Assembly (NCBI RefSeq): GCF_009914755.1
Contig: NC_060942.1
DNA: 64,000 nt
Direction: 5' to 3' (one strand)
Source of the DNA: the human T2T-CHM13v2.0 reference genome, Homo sapiens
Shown here: piece after piece, positions 1 through 12,519 of the stretch
How positions within the stretch are numbered: the stretch's first letter is position 1
How the letters are laid out: every line of letters begins with the position of its first letter
Made by a program: the position numbers and the translations under genes
Notes under the pieces: model-generated
Told to the model about the DNA's origin: nothing
What the model saw: only the letters and a program-made list of their open reading frames with translations
Databases searched by the model: none

Positions 1-552
1 AGATGGAATATACAATCCGGTTTTACAGGGAGACGTTCTATTGCCCAGGGACGAGCGGGAGACAGATGCCTTCCTCTTATCTCAACTGCAAAGAGGCCTT
101 CCTCTTTCACTAATCCTCCTCAGCACAGACCCTTTACAGGTGTCGGGCTGGGGTACGGTCAGGTCTTTCCCTTCCCACGAGGCCATGTTTCAGACTATCA
201 CATGGGGAGAAACCTTGGACAATACCTGGCTTTCCTAGGCAGAGGTCCCTGCGGCCTTCCGCAGTGTTTTGTGTTCCTGGGTACTTGAGAGTAGGGAGTG
301 GTGATGACTTTTAACAAGCATGCTGCCTTCAAGCATTTGTTTAACAAAGCACATCCTGCATAGCCCTAAATCCATTAAACCTTGAGTCCACACAGCACAT
401 GTTTTTGCGAGCACAGGGTTGGGGGTAGGGTTACAGATTAACAGCATCTCAAGGCAGAAGAATTTTTCTTAGTACAGAACAAAATGGAGTCTCTTATGTC
501 TACTTTCTACATAGACACAGTAACAGTCTGATCTCTCTTTCTTTTCCCCACA
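1..552 (-). mobile_element. HERV-K(HML-2) LTR5A/LTR5B-type LTR, U3 portion, cut by the window start
   Basis: The reverse complement from 552 reads TGTGGGGAAAAGAAAGAGAGATCAGACTGTTACTGTGTCTATGTAGAAAG, the LTR5 5' terminus. The AAGAAAGAG, CTATGTAG and CATAAGAGAC variants fit LTR5A/B better than LTR5_Hs. There is no polypurine tract beyond 552. Confidence 0.93.
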
Positions 553-1028
553 GATACTACAAAACTCCTTCTCATGTCCTCTCACTCCAGCACTTCCATT
601 CTCCCCACCAATGGCCCTATTTGTTTACTGCCATGTTGCTGTTGCGTTTCACAAGGTTGCTGATTTCTTCTCCAAAGATTTGTTTCCCGGGGGCCTCCCA
701 GTGTTGTAGAACCTACAGGTTTGTAAAGTAGTCCTGTGTTTTCTTCAGCCTTTAATTTGCTGGAGTCGCATCTTTTTTTGGCTAAGCCTCACGTCACACA
801 GCGTTGTTCCTACCCTCATGGCCAACTTCCCCCAGGAAAACAAAATCCTAATCATCTGCAGAAAAGCAAAATAGAAAACTAACTTTATCATGAACACATT
901 CTGAACATAAAGGCACCATGGTGTGGGATTTTGAAAAAAATAAAGGTGGTTTCAGTTGATTACACTAGAAAACTACAGTCCTGAGATCTATATTTAGTCT
1001 GAATAAATTTTATACCCTGCATTGTGAT

Positions 1029-1090
1029 TATATATATATACATATATATATACATATATATATATACATATATATATGTATATATATATA
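1029..1090. repeat. Interrupted (TA)n microsatellite
   Basis: TA run with CA and TG interruptions, read directly. Confidence 0.95.
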
Positions 1091-1549
1091 AAATCATTGT
1101 ATGACAATCATTGGAACTTTAATATTGTACAATGACTTCATTCCCCTTAATTATTACAATTGCTACCACTTACTGATCATTCACTTTAGGTTAAGCCCTG
1201 TTTCAAGGGATTTGCCTGCATCACGCAAGGTGTAGTGTTTATTAGGAATAAAATATTTATAGCAATCATTGGAAAGTGATACTTAACTGAAGTGAAATAA
1301 CAGAATGGTAGGTTGAGAGCCAAGTAACCAGTGTGTGATTGTGGTGTTTTTCTCCATGACACAATGCTCATTTTCTCTTTTCTTGTTTTCCTATTTTCAT
1401 GAAAACTTTAGAATCTTTACTCTGTTACAGAAAATTAGAACCATGGTGTATGAATCAAAATTGATGTGATTGATTGTATGTATCTGTAGAGATATATTAT
1501 AGTTGTTCTCTGCTTTGCTGTGTGTATGTTCTTAAACTGACGCTTTCTT

Positions 1550-4500
1550 TTAAAATTTTCTCCGAACTACAGAAACATTGCAAAGATACTGCAAAAAGTC
1601 TCCACATATTGCCGTCAGATTCTGCTATTATTAAAGCCTTTCATTAGGATGGAATGTTTGTTACAATTAATGAACCAATATATTGATACATCCTTGTTAA
1701 CTAAAGTCCATACTTAATTCAGAATTCCATAGTTTTCACCTAATGTTCTCCTGTTCTATGCTCCCATCTAAGAGTACACATTAATTATGTCTGCTTAGGG
1801 TCTTGTTATCTGTGAGAGTTTCTCAGGCTTTCCTTGTTTTGATGACCTTGAGAATTTTCAGGTGTTCTGGTCACATATTTTGCAGACTTTTCCTTGATTT
1901 GGTTTTACATGATTGCTTTCTCATAATTACACTGGGATTTAGGTTTTTGTAGGAAGACTTCAGTGGTAAGGTACCACTGTCATCTCATCATACCAAGAGA
2001 ACATACAATCAATATGACTTATCACTGTTAATATTGACCTTGAATACCTGCCTAAGGTGTATTAGGTTTCTCTACTCAAAGATTACTTTTTCCCACTTTC
2101 TTCTTTCCATACTGTACTCTTTGAAAGGAAGCCACTGTGTGCAGTCCACAATTAAGGATTAGGGAGTTATGGTCTGCTCACTTGATGGCAGAATAGCTAC
2201 ATAGAGTATTTGGACTCCTGTTGCAGGAGAGTTTTGTCCATTCTGTCCCATATATTTATTTATTCAATAATTTATGTATTCAATATAGACACATAGATAT
2301 TCGTTGTATACTTTGGGTTATAATGTGATACTATTTTATTTGTTTTGTTGCTCAAATTCTTTCAGCTGTGCCCACTGGGAGCTCTCTGAGTTGGCTGTCA
2401 TACCTCTCTGACACATCTCCATTGTATGTGTGTTGCTTTTGGTACTTCCATATTTTCTGACCCTGTACAATGCTTCACACTCATCTTTTTAGATCCTGTC
2501 CCAGTCTTAGAATCAGCCATTTTTAAAACAGGCCTTAGTTCTTTTATTGTAAAGTGATATTAGAAATCAAGATGTGGTCTATGAGTGTTGGTTGTTATGA
2601 AGGTGTCATTTTTTTTAGGCCCTTTTAGCAGACAGAACATGGAAATATAAGTGGTATACTATCCCATGGATAAATACAAATATATTTCCATCAGAAAATA
2701 TTAATGTCTCTATTAAGCTAAACATGAGCTTATACTGATGTATCTAATTCTAACTCATTATCACATGAGTCGTTCTAACTGCCCCCTTGCTTACCTGTAA
2801 ACTCACTCCAACAGTGAGAAATCTGGCTTCTAACACCTGCCATTCATTTATTCAATTCCAGTATGGATGAAGAGCAGTACCCATCAGAACTGTTAACCCA
2901 CACCCGTGTAAGGGAGCAAATTTATCAACTAGAGTGTTTATGTACAATTTTTCTGTTTGCTTTTATTTTGCCTTTAGTTTTACAGACTTTGCTCATTTCT
3001 GAAGTTACTTAGGTGAGCGCTTTCTTCTCCCCAATTCCTTCAGTGATATTCTTTCATACATTTATAATGGAGTCAGATCCTTTTATACCATTCTGCAATT
3101 TATCTTAGGATTCTTGTGATCTCCTTAATGACTTTGTTCATTTGTCTATATTAGGGATCACATGTAGTGTTGAAAAGTTCAACAGATTTTGACAAATTGA
3201 CAGTAGTGTCACGTATTCACAATTACAGTATAATTTAATAATTTCCCCACCCTAAAAATTTCTTATACTTCACTTATTCAAACTCTCTTACATCCTTGAA
3301 CCTCTGATTTTTTTATTGTCTGTATAGATTTTCCTTTCCTAAAATGTTATATAATTGGAATGATAAAGTATGCAGCCTTTTCAGATGGGCTTCTTTCACT
3401 TAGCAATGCACATTTAAGGTTCAGACTTTTTTTTATGGCTTCATAAATCAGTTATTTTATCACTGGATAATAGTCCATTGTATGAATGTGACAGTTTTTT
3501 GATTCACCTATTGAAGGGCATCTTGGTTGCTTCCAGTTCAAGGCAATTATGTATAAAGTTGCTATACATGTTTGTTTGCAGGTTTTTGTGTGTGTAGAAG
3601 TACACTAATGGGTACAAGCAAAGGTATTATTTTTGTTGTTGAGCAAATTGTTGAGCAAATACCTAGGGGCATGATTGCTGGATCATACAGTGGGACATGC
3701 AGAGCTTTCTAAGGAGCTGCCAAGTTGTCTTTCAGGAAACTGTACATTTTGTATTCCCATAAGAATGCAGATTGGGAGTGTTTCTGTTGCTCCGCATCCT
3801 GCCTAGTGATTGGTATTGGCAGCTCTTGTTTGTTCGTTTGTTTTGTTGTTTTGTTTTTTGGATTTTAGCCTTTCTAGTTGATGTGTGGCAGTGTCTCATT
3901 ATTGTTTCATTTTATAATATCCTAAGTATAATTATATTGAATGTGTTTTCATATGTTTATTTGAAATCTACATTTTTTCAGTTAAGTGTTTTCTTATAAC
4001 TTCTGTCCATTTTAAAAATGAGTTGCTTTTTTTTCTTATTAATGAGTTTTAAGAGTTTTTATATATTTTAGAAACATGTCTGTTCTTAAATATGTGATTT
4101 GCAAATATTTTCTACCAATAGATGTATTGTCTTTTCATTTTCTTATTTCAAAACTATGTTTTTCGGAAAGCAGATGTCTTTAATTAAAATAAAGTTCAAA
4201 TTATCATTTAAATTTATTTTTCTTTTTTGGATCATGCTTTGGTGTTATATCTAAAAACTGATAGCTGAACCCAAGGTCATCTAGATTTTGCCTATATTTT
4301 CTTTCAGAAGTTTTATTATTTTGTAGTTTACATGTAGACCTACACTCTATTTAAAGTTAATATTTGTGAAAAATATAGGTTCTGTATCTAGGTTCTGGAT
4401 ATTTGCATATGGATGTTCAGTTTTTCCAGCACCATTTGTTGAAAGGCTCTTCTTTCTCCATTGAATTGTCTTTCCTCCTTTGTCAAGCTCAGTTGACTAT

Positions 4501-4620
4501 ATTTGTGTGAGTCTATTTCTGAGCTCTGTATTCGGTTCCATTGACCTAGTTGTCTATTCTTTCAACAACATTATGCTGCCTGATGACTGTGGCTTTATGG
4601 TAATTATGTCTTAAAGTCTG
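1550..4620 (-). mobile_element. Ancient LINE-1 (L1MC/L1MD-type) 3' UTR and ORF2 3' end, degraded
   Basis: Antisense L1 motifs such as ggacatcttggttgcttccagtt-like 3517-3540, tacctaggggcatgattgctggatcata and tttttccagcaccatttgttgaaa. Boundaries approximate. Confidence 0.75.
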
Positions 4621-5159
4621 ATACTAAATGTCTGCATTTGGGGCCCTCCGTCCTGTTCCGTGGACCTGTGTCTCTATTTGGCCCACACTTTGCTGCTTTG
4701 AACATTGTAGCTTTATAGTTAAATACAGAAACCAGGTAGTGTGGGGTCAATGGGGAAGAGATAAGAAAGGAAAAATATTGATTGCTGAGTCAGAGAAGAG
4801 AGGGGGCCTCCACAGAGATACCTGAGTCAATTTTTAGCCAAGGGGCCACCTCATAAAGGAGCCTCTGAATGGAGGCACTTAGGCTAGAAGAGCATATCTG
4901 GGTAAGAGCATGGGGAGCCAGGGGAAGCCCATTTCCTGACTGCAACCACCTCCAGAGGTTGCAGTGCATACTGACTGTGTACAAGGTATCTTGGGAAAGA
5001 GTAGCTTCCTCATGCAGGCTGCCAGAGAAAACCTATTGTCAGGCCAGAAACACCTTATACAGGATTTGGGTTTGGAGCTGACTCCTAGTATTCTTTTTAA
5101 ATCAGTTAAGAATAAGAAAAATAAAAGACTGTATTTTGCCTTCATATTTATTCTCTGAA

Positions 5160-5700
5160 ACACTGCTTTCTCTTATGTAGATAGAGGTTTCTAAGCTATA
5201 ACATTTTTCTTCTGCCAGAAAAAGTTATTTTAACATTTCTTGAAAGGCAGTCCTGCTGATAATGTATTTCCTATTTTTGTTTGCCTGAAAATATTATTTT
5301 TCATTTAATTTGAAAGATAACATGGCTTAATATAAAATTACAAGTAGATTTTTTTCTTTCAACACTTTTTAAATATTTCGCTCTATTCTCTTCTTGTTTG
5401 CATTGTTTCCGATGAGAATTATTGCTTAATTTTTATCCTTTTTCTTTTATGGATAAAGTCTTTTTTCCTTTGGCTTCTTTGAAGATTTTGTCTTTTTCTT
5501 TCATTTTAAGTGATATGTCTGCGCGTGAGTGTGTGTGTGTGCTTCTCTGTTTTCTGAATTTTTGGTTTGATGTCTGTCATTATGTCTGAAATTTCTCAGC
5601 CACTATAACGTTAATTATTTCTTTTGTTCTGTTTTGTCTGTATTCTTATTCTTGTATTGTAATGACATGTAAATTATCTCTTTTTATTTCTTCTCTCTGT
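5160..5700 (-). mobile_element. Ancient L1M ORF1-region fragment
   Basis: Antisense ORF1-like text: ttttaacatttcttgaaaggcagtcctgctgataatg...ttttctttcaacac...gtttccgatgagaa. Confidence 0.6.
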
Positions 5701-5893
5701 CTCCTTGCCCCTTCTCTGGCTGCAATATTCTCAGTCTATTCCTTTGAACACCGTCGACCCTGTTTTGTTTTCCTTAATTTTTCTCTATGAGCTGAAACCG
5801 GAATGCTGAAAGTGATATAACTTTAATAGGAGGAATGCTCTTCCACTAACTGTGGTAAGGTTCTTGCAAAGTCTTTTTCCCTGAAAGATCAGC

Positions 5894-5919
5894 TCAAGGA
5901 TCAAGGATCAAGGATCAAG
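5894..5919. repeat. (TCAAGGA)3.7 tandem repeat
   Basis: tcaagga tcaagga tcaagga tcaag. The string agctcaaggat recurs at 5927-5937. Confidence 0.9.
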
Positions 5920-5993
5920 CAACACTAGCTCAAGGATGACAGTTAGTAGGCAGATCAATTCCTCTGTGATGTAGTCCTCAACACCCCTATCAA

Positions 5994-5995
<2 letters not shown>

Positions 5996-6025
<30 letters not shown>
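5996..6025. repeat. (TA)n microsatellite
   Basis: About 15 AT units followed by the palindrome atgaatatatattcat. Confidence 0.95.
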
Positions 6026-6028
<3 letters not shown>

Positions 6029-6557
6029 TATATATTCATAATTTTATATTAAAGCATTTCAAAACTTCTCTGCTATCACTCCTTAGTTGTGGTGATTTTG
6101 CAATCATCACCAAAGACAATCTCACTGTATCCCAGGGCAGTCTGAGGTAGAGAATCAGCTCTGACCTTGGCAACAAGAAGAAGCTGACAGACCATGAAAA
6201 GCCACAAAGTATTAGCTGTTGTGGTCTATTTGAGTGCCTACTTGCAAGTGTGGGCCCATATAAAATGTAATCATCACTGTTCTTCTATATTTATGCAAAT
6301 CATGAAACCAGGGTTTATCTTAGAATAGAGTTCTAGTGCAAATAGATCGCCTAGAGTCAAAATACGTAGAAGATGAGTATTAAGAAGAAAGTAAATGAGC
6401 AGGTTCAATTTCCCCATAACATGAGGCTTTCATAGATTGATCTCAGAAATGAAAACTCATCTTCTGTTTTTTCATTTTTAATAACTTTGTTAAACTGTAC
6501 CAAATAAACACAAATGTACATAAACCTTAAATGTAGATCTTGCTGAAATATAAAGTG

Positions 6558-6947
<390 letters not shown>

Positions 6948-8130
6948 TCACTGCAATATGTATTAAGAGAAATAAAACTAATACATACTAAGGTAAATAA
7001 AGCAAGCAACACATTGACCATAAGGTGTATTTTTATATGTGTTTGTATGTGTATAGATATATATAGAGAGAGAAAGAGCAAGAATATGCATGTTTATGAA
7101 TACATATTCCTTATAATGAACAAAAACTTTTAAAATTTTTATACAATACTCTAAAATCTTAATAAATATATAAAAATATTATTATATATGTGACATATAC
7201 TTTCCTCGATGGAAAAACTCAGTGTTTTCCTTTCTGTAACTAAAGTAATTGGTAGTTTCAGCACCTAAATTTTTGAATGCATTGAACATACTTTTTTTGT
7301 AGAAAAGTATTAAAAACACATATTCAATACAGGCATTTTGGTTGAACGTATGGAAGAAGTTACTTTAGATGATGGGTACAGAGCAGGGATTAAAACAGGC
7401 TTGAGTCTGAACTTAAGCAGTTGAAAACAAAGGCAAAACTGACTATTCTTTGATAAAGTGACGATCTGCTATTGTGACATTTGTAGTGGACAAAGGACTG
7501 AATTACAATTTTGAATCCATGACCAAAACAAAACCAAATTAAAAGGTTAAAATGACAAATTGTTCACATGTGACAAATCATTTAGAGAAAATGTATTGTC
7601 TTTTCAGAGTCACAGATGTGTCTCTACATCTTTTTGTAACAATAGAACTCCGAATAAATAATTTTCTTCTTTTTAACTTTTAACATATTGTCTCAACTGT
7701 AGTTTTATAATTAGTTGATGTTTCCCAGGGTAAGTCATTCTGCTTTGTTCTTGCACTAAACGATCTGTCATGATCATTTGATCTCTCAGATAACTTTTAT
7801 AGTAGTTTTATCTATTTCCATATAAAGTCCTGTGGGAGAATTGACTAGGTATCACTAAAGGAATAAATCAATTTTGCAAGAATTCATACCTTTACTCTAC
7901 TCCTATTCTATTTATATATATATTTGATTTATTTTGGTTTTTATATTTTTCAGTGTATGACTTGGAGGAGTCAATGAGATTTCCTCTCCATTCTAATCAC
8001 ATATAAGGTAAATTTGCTCCTCAACTCACTTACGATGATAACTAAATAAAATCTTCCTGGATTTTAAATAAAGTAGATTGATGGGGTAAAATTTACCACT
8101 GTCAGAATTTTTAGTGTGCATAACAGGGAC

Positions 8131-8189
8131 AAAAAAAAAAAAAAAAAAAAAAAGAAGAAGAAGAAGAAAAAAGGAAAAGGAAAAGGAAA
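8131..8189 (+). repeat. Poly(A) followed by (GAA)n/(GGAAAA)n purine tract
   Basis: Read directly. No attached SINE or LINE body recognised. Confidence 0.9.
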
Positions 8190-8601
8190 TTCAATGGTGT
8201 CTTGATGTATCAGTGTCTATCAGACTGACAGGTTTTTTAATTGAACATATTTATTTATTTTACATTGTAGCTCAGCACTAAATAAAACCCAGGAGAATAT
8301 ATGCAATCAGAAACAAAAAATTAATCAAATAGGTGTAATAAACCTACCATGTCTTCAATAATGGAGAATAAATAAGAATCACTTTCAAAATAGATACTTT
8401 CATGGACTTAGGCAAAAATAGTTTAAAAACTTGAATTTCCAGAATAATAGATATGTCTGAGGAATCTACAAAGTGTACCTTCTACAAATCTATTCTGAAT
8501 AATAACAATAAAAAAAAAAAAAAAACCCTGAGACTAATAAGCATCTGCTCCAGGGTCCTAAAGGCTCATTAACTCCTGGAAGTTGTATCTACTTGTTTTC
8601 T

Positions 8602-8900
8602 TTTTTCTTTCTTTTTTTTTTTTTTTTTTTTTTTGACAGTCTCGCTTGTTGCCCAGGCTGGAATGCAGTGCAGTGGTGTGATCTCGGCTCACTGAAACCT
8701 CCGGCAACCTCCGCCTCCCGAGTTCAAGCAATTCTCGTGCCTCAGCCTCCTGAGTAGCTGGGACTACAGGTGCACACTACTACTCCTGGATAATTTTTCT
8801 TGTTGCCCAGACTGGTCTCGAACTCCTGACCTCAAATAATCCACCAGCCTCGGCCTCCTGAAGTCCGGGGAACTACAGGCGTGAGCCACCATGCCTCGCC
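8602..8900 (-). mobile_element. AluS (Sz-like) with internal deletion and micro-duplications
   Basis: Poly-T, then Alu antisense. The linker-side segment is missing (taatttttcttgttgcccag). Duplications gcagtgcagt and aacctccggcaacctcc. TSD tgttttct at 8594-8601 and 8901-8908. Confidence 0.93.
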
Positions 8901-11321
8901 TGTTTTCTCTTTTCATTCTTTTAAACATGTAAAAAGTAACTTTGAACTGGAAAGCACTTCCATTTTAAATAAAAATGAAGTAATTTGAGGGATTAATCAT
9001 CTCACGTAACAATCTTGAGTGATGAGAATTGACAGAATTCATTGTTTTGTTTTTCAGTTACAACCAATAAAAATGTGGATCGTTAAGTTCATGTGCTCTT
9101 GGGGCCTACTTATGGGCTTGAGCTCCATCGTTTACATTAATGTCTCAATTAAATAATTTCCCATAACTTTTTTTTACATATTTCTCCATATGAAAATAAA
9201 GAAAATAAAAATCATAAATCCTTCAAATAGTCTCATTCTTAATCAGTGTTGCCAGTCTTGCAAAAGTCTTACAAGAACTCTAAGAATATCTTAGCTCCCT
9301 CTTCACTTTCATAGTCCAACTTACATAGGTTATTTCAGTGATAATAGATTCTTTGTAAGAGTGCAATTAGATATTTTTAATGAGCTTTCTCTTGACTATG
9401 GGGAGCTCATGATGATACTGGAAAATTCTCTACTTGAATTAGAGCTCTAATTTTTAAAAGTACTTTGATCTCCTAACATTTTTCACACATATCCATATGT
9501 CAAATTTCGTGATGATACTTCCTTTCTTGATTACGCAATTAATGTTTCTGGATCATTTACAACCTTAAATATTGTCACCTTTTGAAAGATTTTTAAATGT
9601 TTACCTGCAGCTTACTCACACAGCATAAAACAGATGCAGGACTATGTATGCATACATTACCTATAGAACATTCTATCAAGTCACATGTTTTCTTACTATA
9701 TATATATTTGATTATACATGTAATCAAAATAGCATAATCGAGCTATGTGAAAATGTAAATTTGAAAAGAGTAAACATATTTAAGGTAGAAAGATACAGTT
9801 TAAAAAGTAATTAGGTGTTCATAATCATTTGCTACACTCTTGGAGCACATCAGGAGTTACATTTGTTGCTTTTATTCCAATAATACTGGAAATAGATTTT
9901 AAAAGAAAACAAATTTCTTAGTAAGGCCAATTGTATTTCTTTTTATAGGTTTGTATAACTTAAAGCTTGTGCTTTATATTTGGTAGTATTTGGTGTCTAC
10001 CCTCTTGAACACAAAAATCATATAATATGAATACGATCATAACATCAGAAGGAAAACATGCCTATTTCATTGACCTTTTTTGAGCCGTCTGTTTACCTTA
10101 ATCTGTAACAGTAAAATACACATATTTATTAAAAAATACATGTTTAAGGGATTCAATATTAATTTTACATTATCTTTAGAGTTGTATTAAAGAGATAAAC
10201 ACTACTGACTTTTTCCTTAAAATTGTCTAATCTGTGCTCATACATTTTCTAAAAGTAATCTCCCGTATCAAAGAGACACATTGGGAAATTGAGGTACAGA
10301 TGTCATTTTACATATTCAATGGAGGTAGCATCTCCTGACTACTAGATATGCAACATACATTTAAAGAAATGTATTTTGTATATATAATACAAGCAGATTT
10401 GACCTACATTTTTCTTTTCCAAGGGTGAGCTTTCTGGTGCCAGATATGACTTCAACCAATTGACTGGAATGATATATAATGCAAGACACTGTGACATCTT
10501 TTAAAATGACCCAGAACAACGTTTAACTGCAATCTTCCATGGTTTTGTAGACTGACATAAAGAAGAAAAAACTGCTGTTTAAGGAGACCTGTTGACTTTT
10601 ATAGCTCAGAATTGATTTCAGTCACAGCAGTTGCTTCATCTTTATATCCTAAAAAGGGATAGCTCTGTGGGACAAATAGAAGAAGCAGGAAGCATCACAG
10701 CTTCCTATGTTTTAGAGGAACACTCTGATGCCAACAGGAGATTACAAGTGAACAAGGTGCATTTATTGTTAAAGTATATGATTTATGAAGTTCTCACATA
10801 AAACATATTTGTTACATACAACAAATTTTTACATATTCTTTACACACTTAGTTGATAAAATTCATATATTATTAATTAGTAATATTTTAGAAAAAAGAGG
10901 CAAGAAATTTAATCTTCTGAATATACCAAGTGCACTTTCTTCTATCAAAATGTAAATTACATGTTAAATCAAGCATTTAAACAAGAAGTTCCTATTTCAA
11001 ATATCTCATACTTATAATCAGATGGGAAAATGAGCAGGTTAGTGGCCACAATCATCAGTCTTTTTACTGTGCTTAAATTAATAAAAATAATACAGTGACA
11101 CATGACCATGACAGGATGTTAATTGAAACCCCTTAGGAGAAGAACAATAGCTAAGACTGAGCTACCAGCAGAAAGGTGCCCAGCACTCTGTCACAGCCTT
11201 TCTCTGCATAAAATCTTCTTTTCACTGGACACTAATCATAGGCCAGGCATGGTACACACGCCACACTTATAATCACCTGCAAAGATACGTTACTTTTATA
11301 AACATTTAAACATTTACTCCA

Positions 11322-12019
11322 TAGAATGGTGGTAACCAGGGGCTGGGTGGTGGGGAGAGTGGGTGTCAGGGAGATGTTGTTCAAAGGGTAGACAGTTACA
11401 GTTTTTGAAGAATAAAATATATTATTATGAACTATAGTCACCATGTTGTATGATAGATCTCTTGAACTTATTCCTTCTAACTGTAAGTACTGAAGAGATT
11501 CATTGCATAACATGGTGATCAGAGTTCAACATAATATATTGTATTCTTAAAAAATGCTAAAGACTAAAATGATAACGTTGGGGTAATGCATATATTAATA
11601 GGCTAGGTGTAGCCATTTCACAATGTGCATATATATTTCAGAACATTACATTTTACAAGATAAATACATAATTTTTTTTTTTAAACGGAGTCTTGCTCTG
11701 TTGCCCAAGCTGGAGTGCAGTGGTGTGATCTCGGCTCACTGCAAGCTCCGCCTCCCGGGTTCACGCCGTTCTCCTGCCTCAGCCCCCCAGGGTAGTTGGG
11801 ACTACAGGCATGTGCCACCACGCCCACCTATTGTTTTTTTATTTTTTATTTTTTTATTTTTTATTTTTTAGTAGAGATGGGATTTCACCGTGTTAGCCAG
11901 GATGGTTTTGATCTCCTGACCTCGTGATCCACCCGCCTCGGCCTCCCAAAGTGCTGGGATTACAGGTGTGAGCCGCCGCGCCTGGCCAAACACATACAAT
12001 TTTATCTGTCAATTTAAAA
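11322..12019 (+). mobile_element. L1MA-type 3' UTR fragment, interrupted by an inverted L1MA piece and by an AluY
   Basis: tagaatggtggtaaccaggggctggg...caaagggtag, then gtagccatttcacaatgtgcatatat and caattttatctgtcaatttaaa. Confidence 0.8.
11672..11987 (-). mobile_element. AluY
   Basis: Diagnostic gcaagctccgcctcccgggttcacgcc, caccgtgttagccaggatgg and gacctcgtgatcc. Degenerate TSD aaa(t/c)acata. Confidence 0.95.
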
Positions 12020-12519
12020 GACCTTTACTCCAAATTCACAGTGTGAAGAGACAAAACTAGGGTTCAAACCCATGTTTCAACAACTGAAATGTCTCTTCTT
12101 TTTCTAGAACACTACATTGCTTCTTTTAACTCTAACTATGTAAGTCTAACATGAACCAAACAAGATTAAGGGTGGCTTTATTTTTATTTAAGCATTTCCT
12201 TTAAGTCCTTCCACTGAGCCTAAAATCCAAATCATCCTGTCAAATCTTCCTTTATAGATGCTAATTTCTGCTCCAATTTCCATCCTTCAACTGGAACAAT
12301 TTTTCACTGGTCATTTCCATCCTCATCTCAAGTTAAGCACATTCACTTATATATAAAACATATCTTTAAAATAACTTTAATAAATTGGACAGATTAGAAA
12401 TTACTTTATGAATTCAAAAACTGACATTCAGAAAGTTTAAGTGATGTACTAAAAGGAATTATTTACAATGTATAGAATAGAACATAGATATTTCTTAAAC
12501 ACAAATCTTGTGATATTAC

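Noticed and set aside
7954-8007. 54-nt plus-strand exon candidate (ttttcag|TGT...AAG|gtaaat)
   Set aside because: All three frames contain stops, and such sites are common in T-rich DNA next to antisense L1. It cannot be supported without RNA data.
8131-8525. Two orphan poly(A) tracts as processed-pseudogene or solo-tail insertions
   Set aside because: No TSD or recognisable upstream body found.
11241-11275. Alu-like 5' stub ggccaggcatggt
   Set aside because: Too short and diverged to call.
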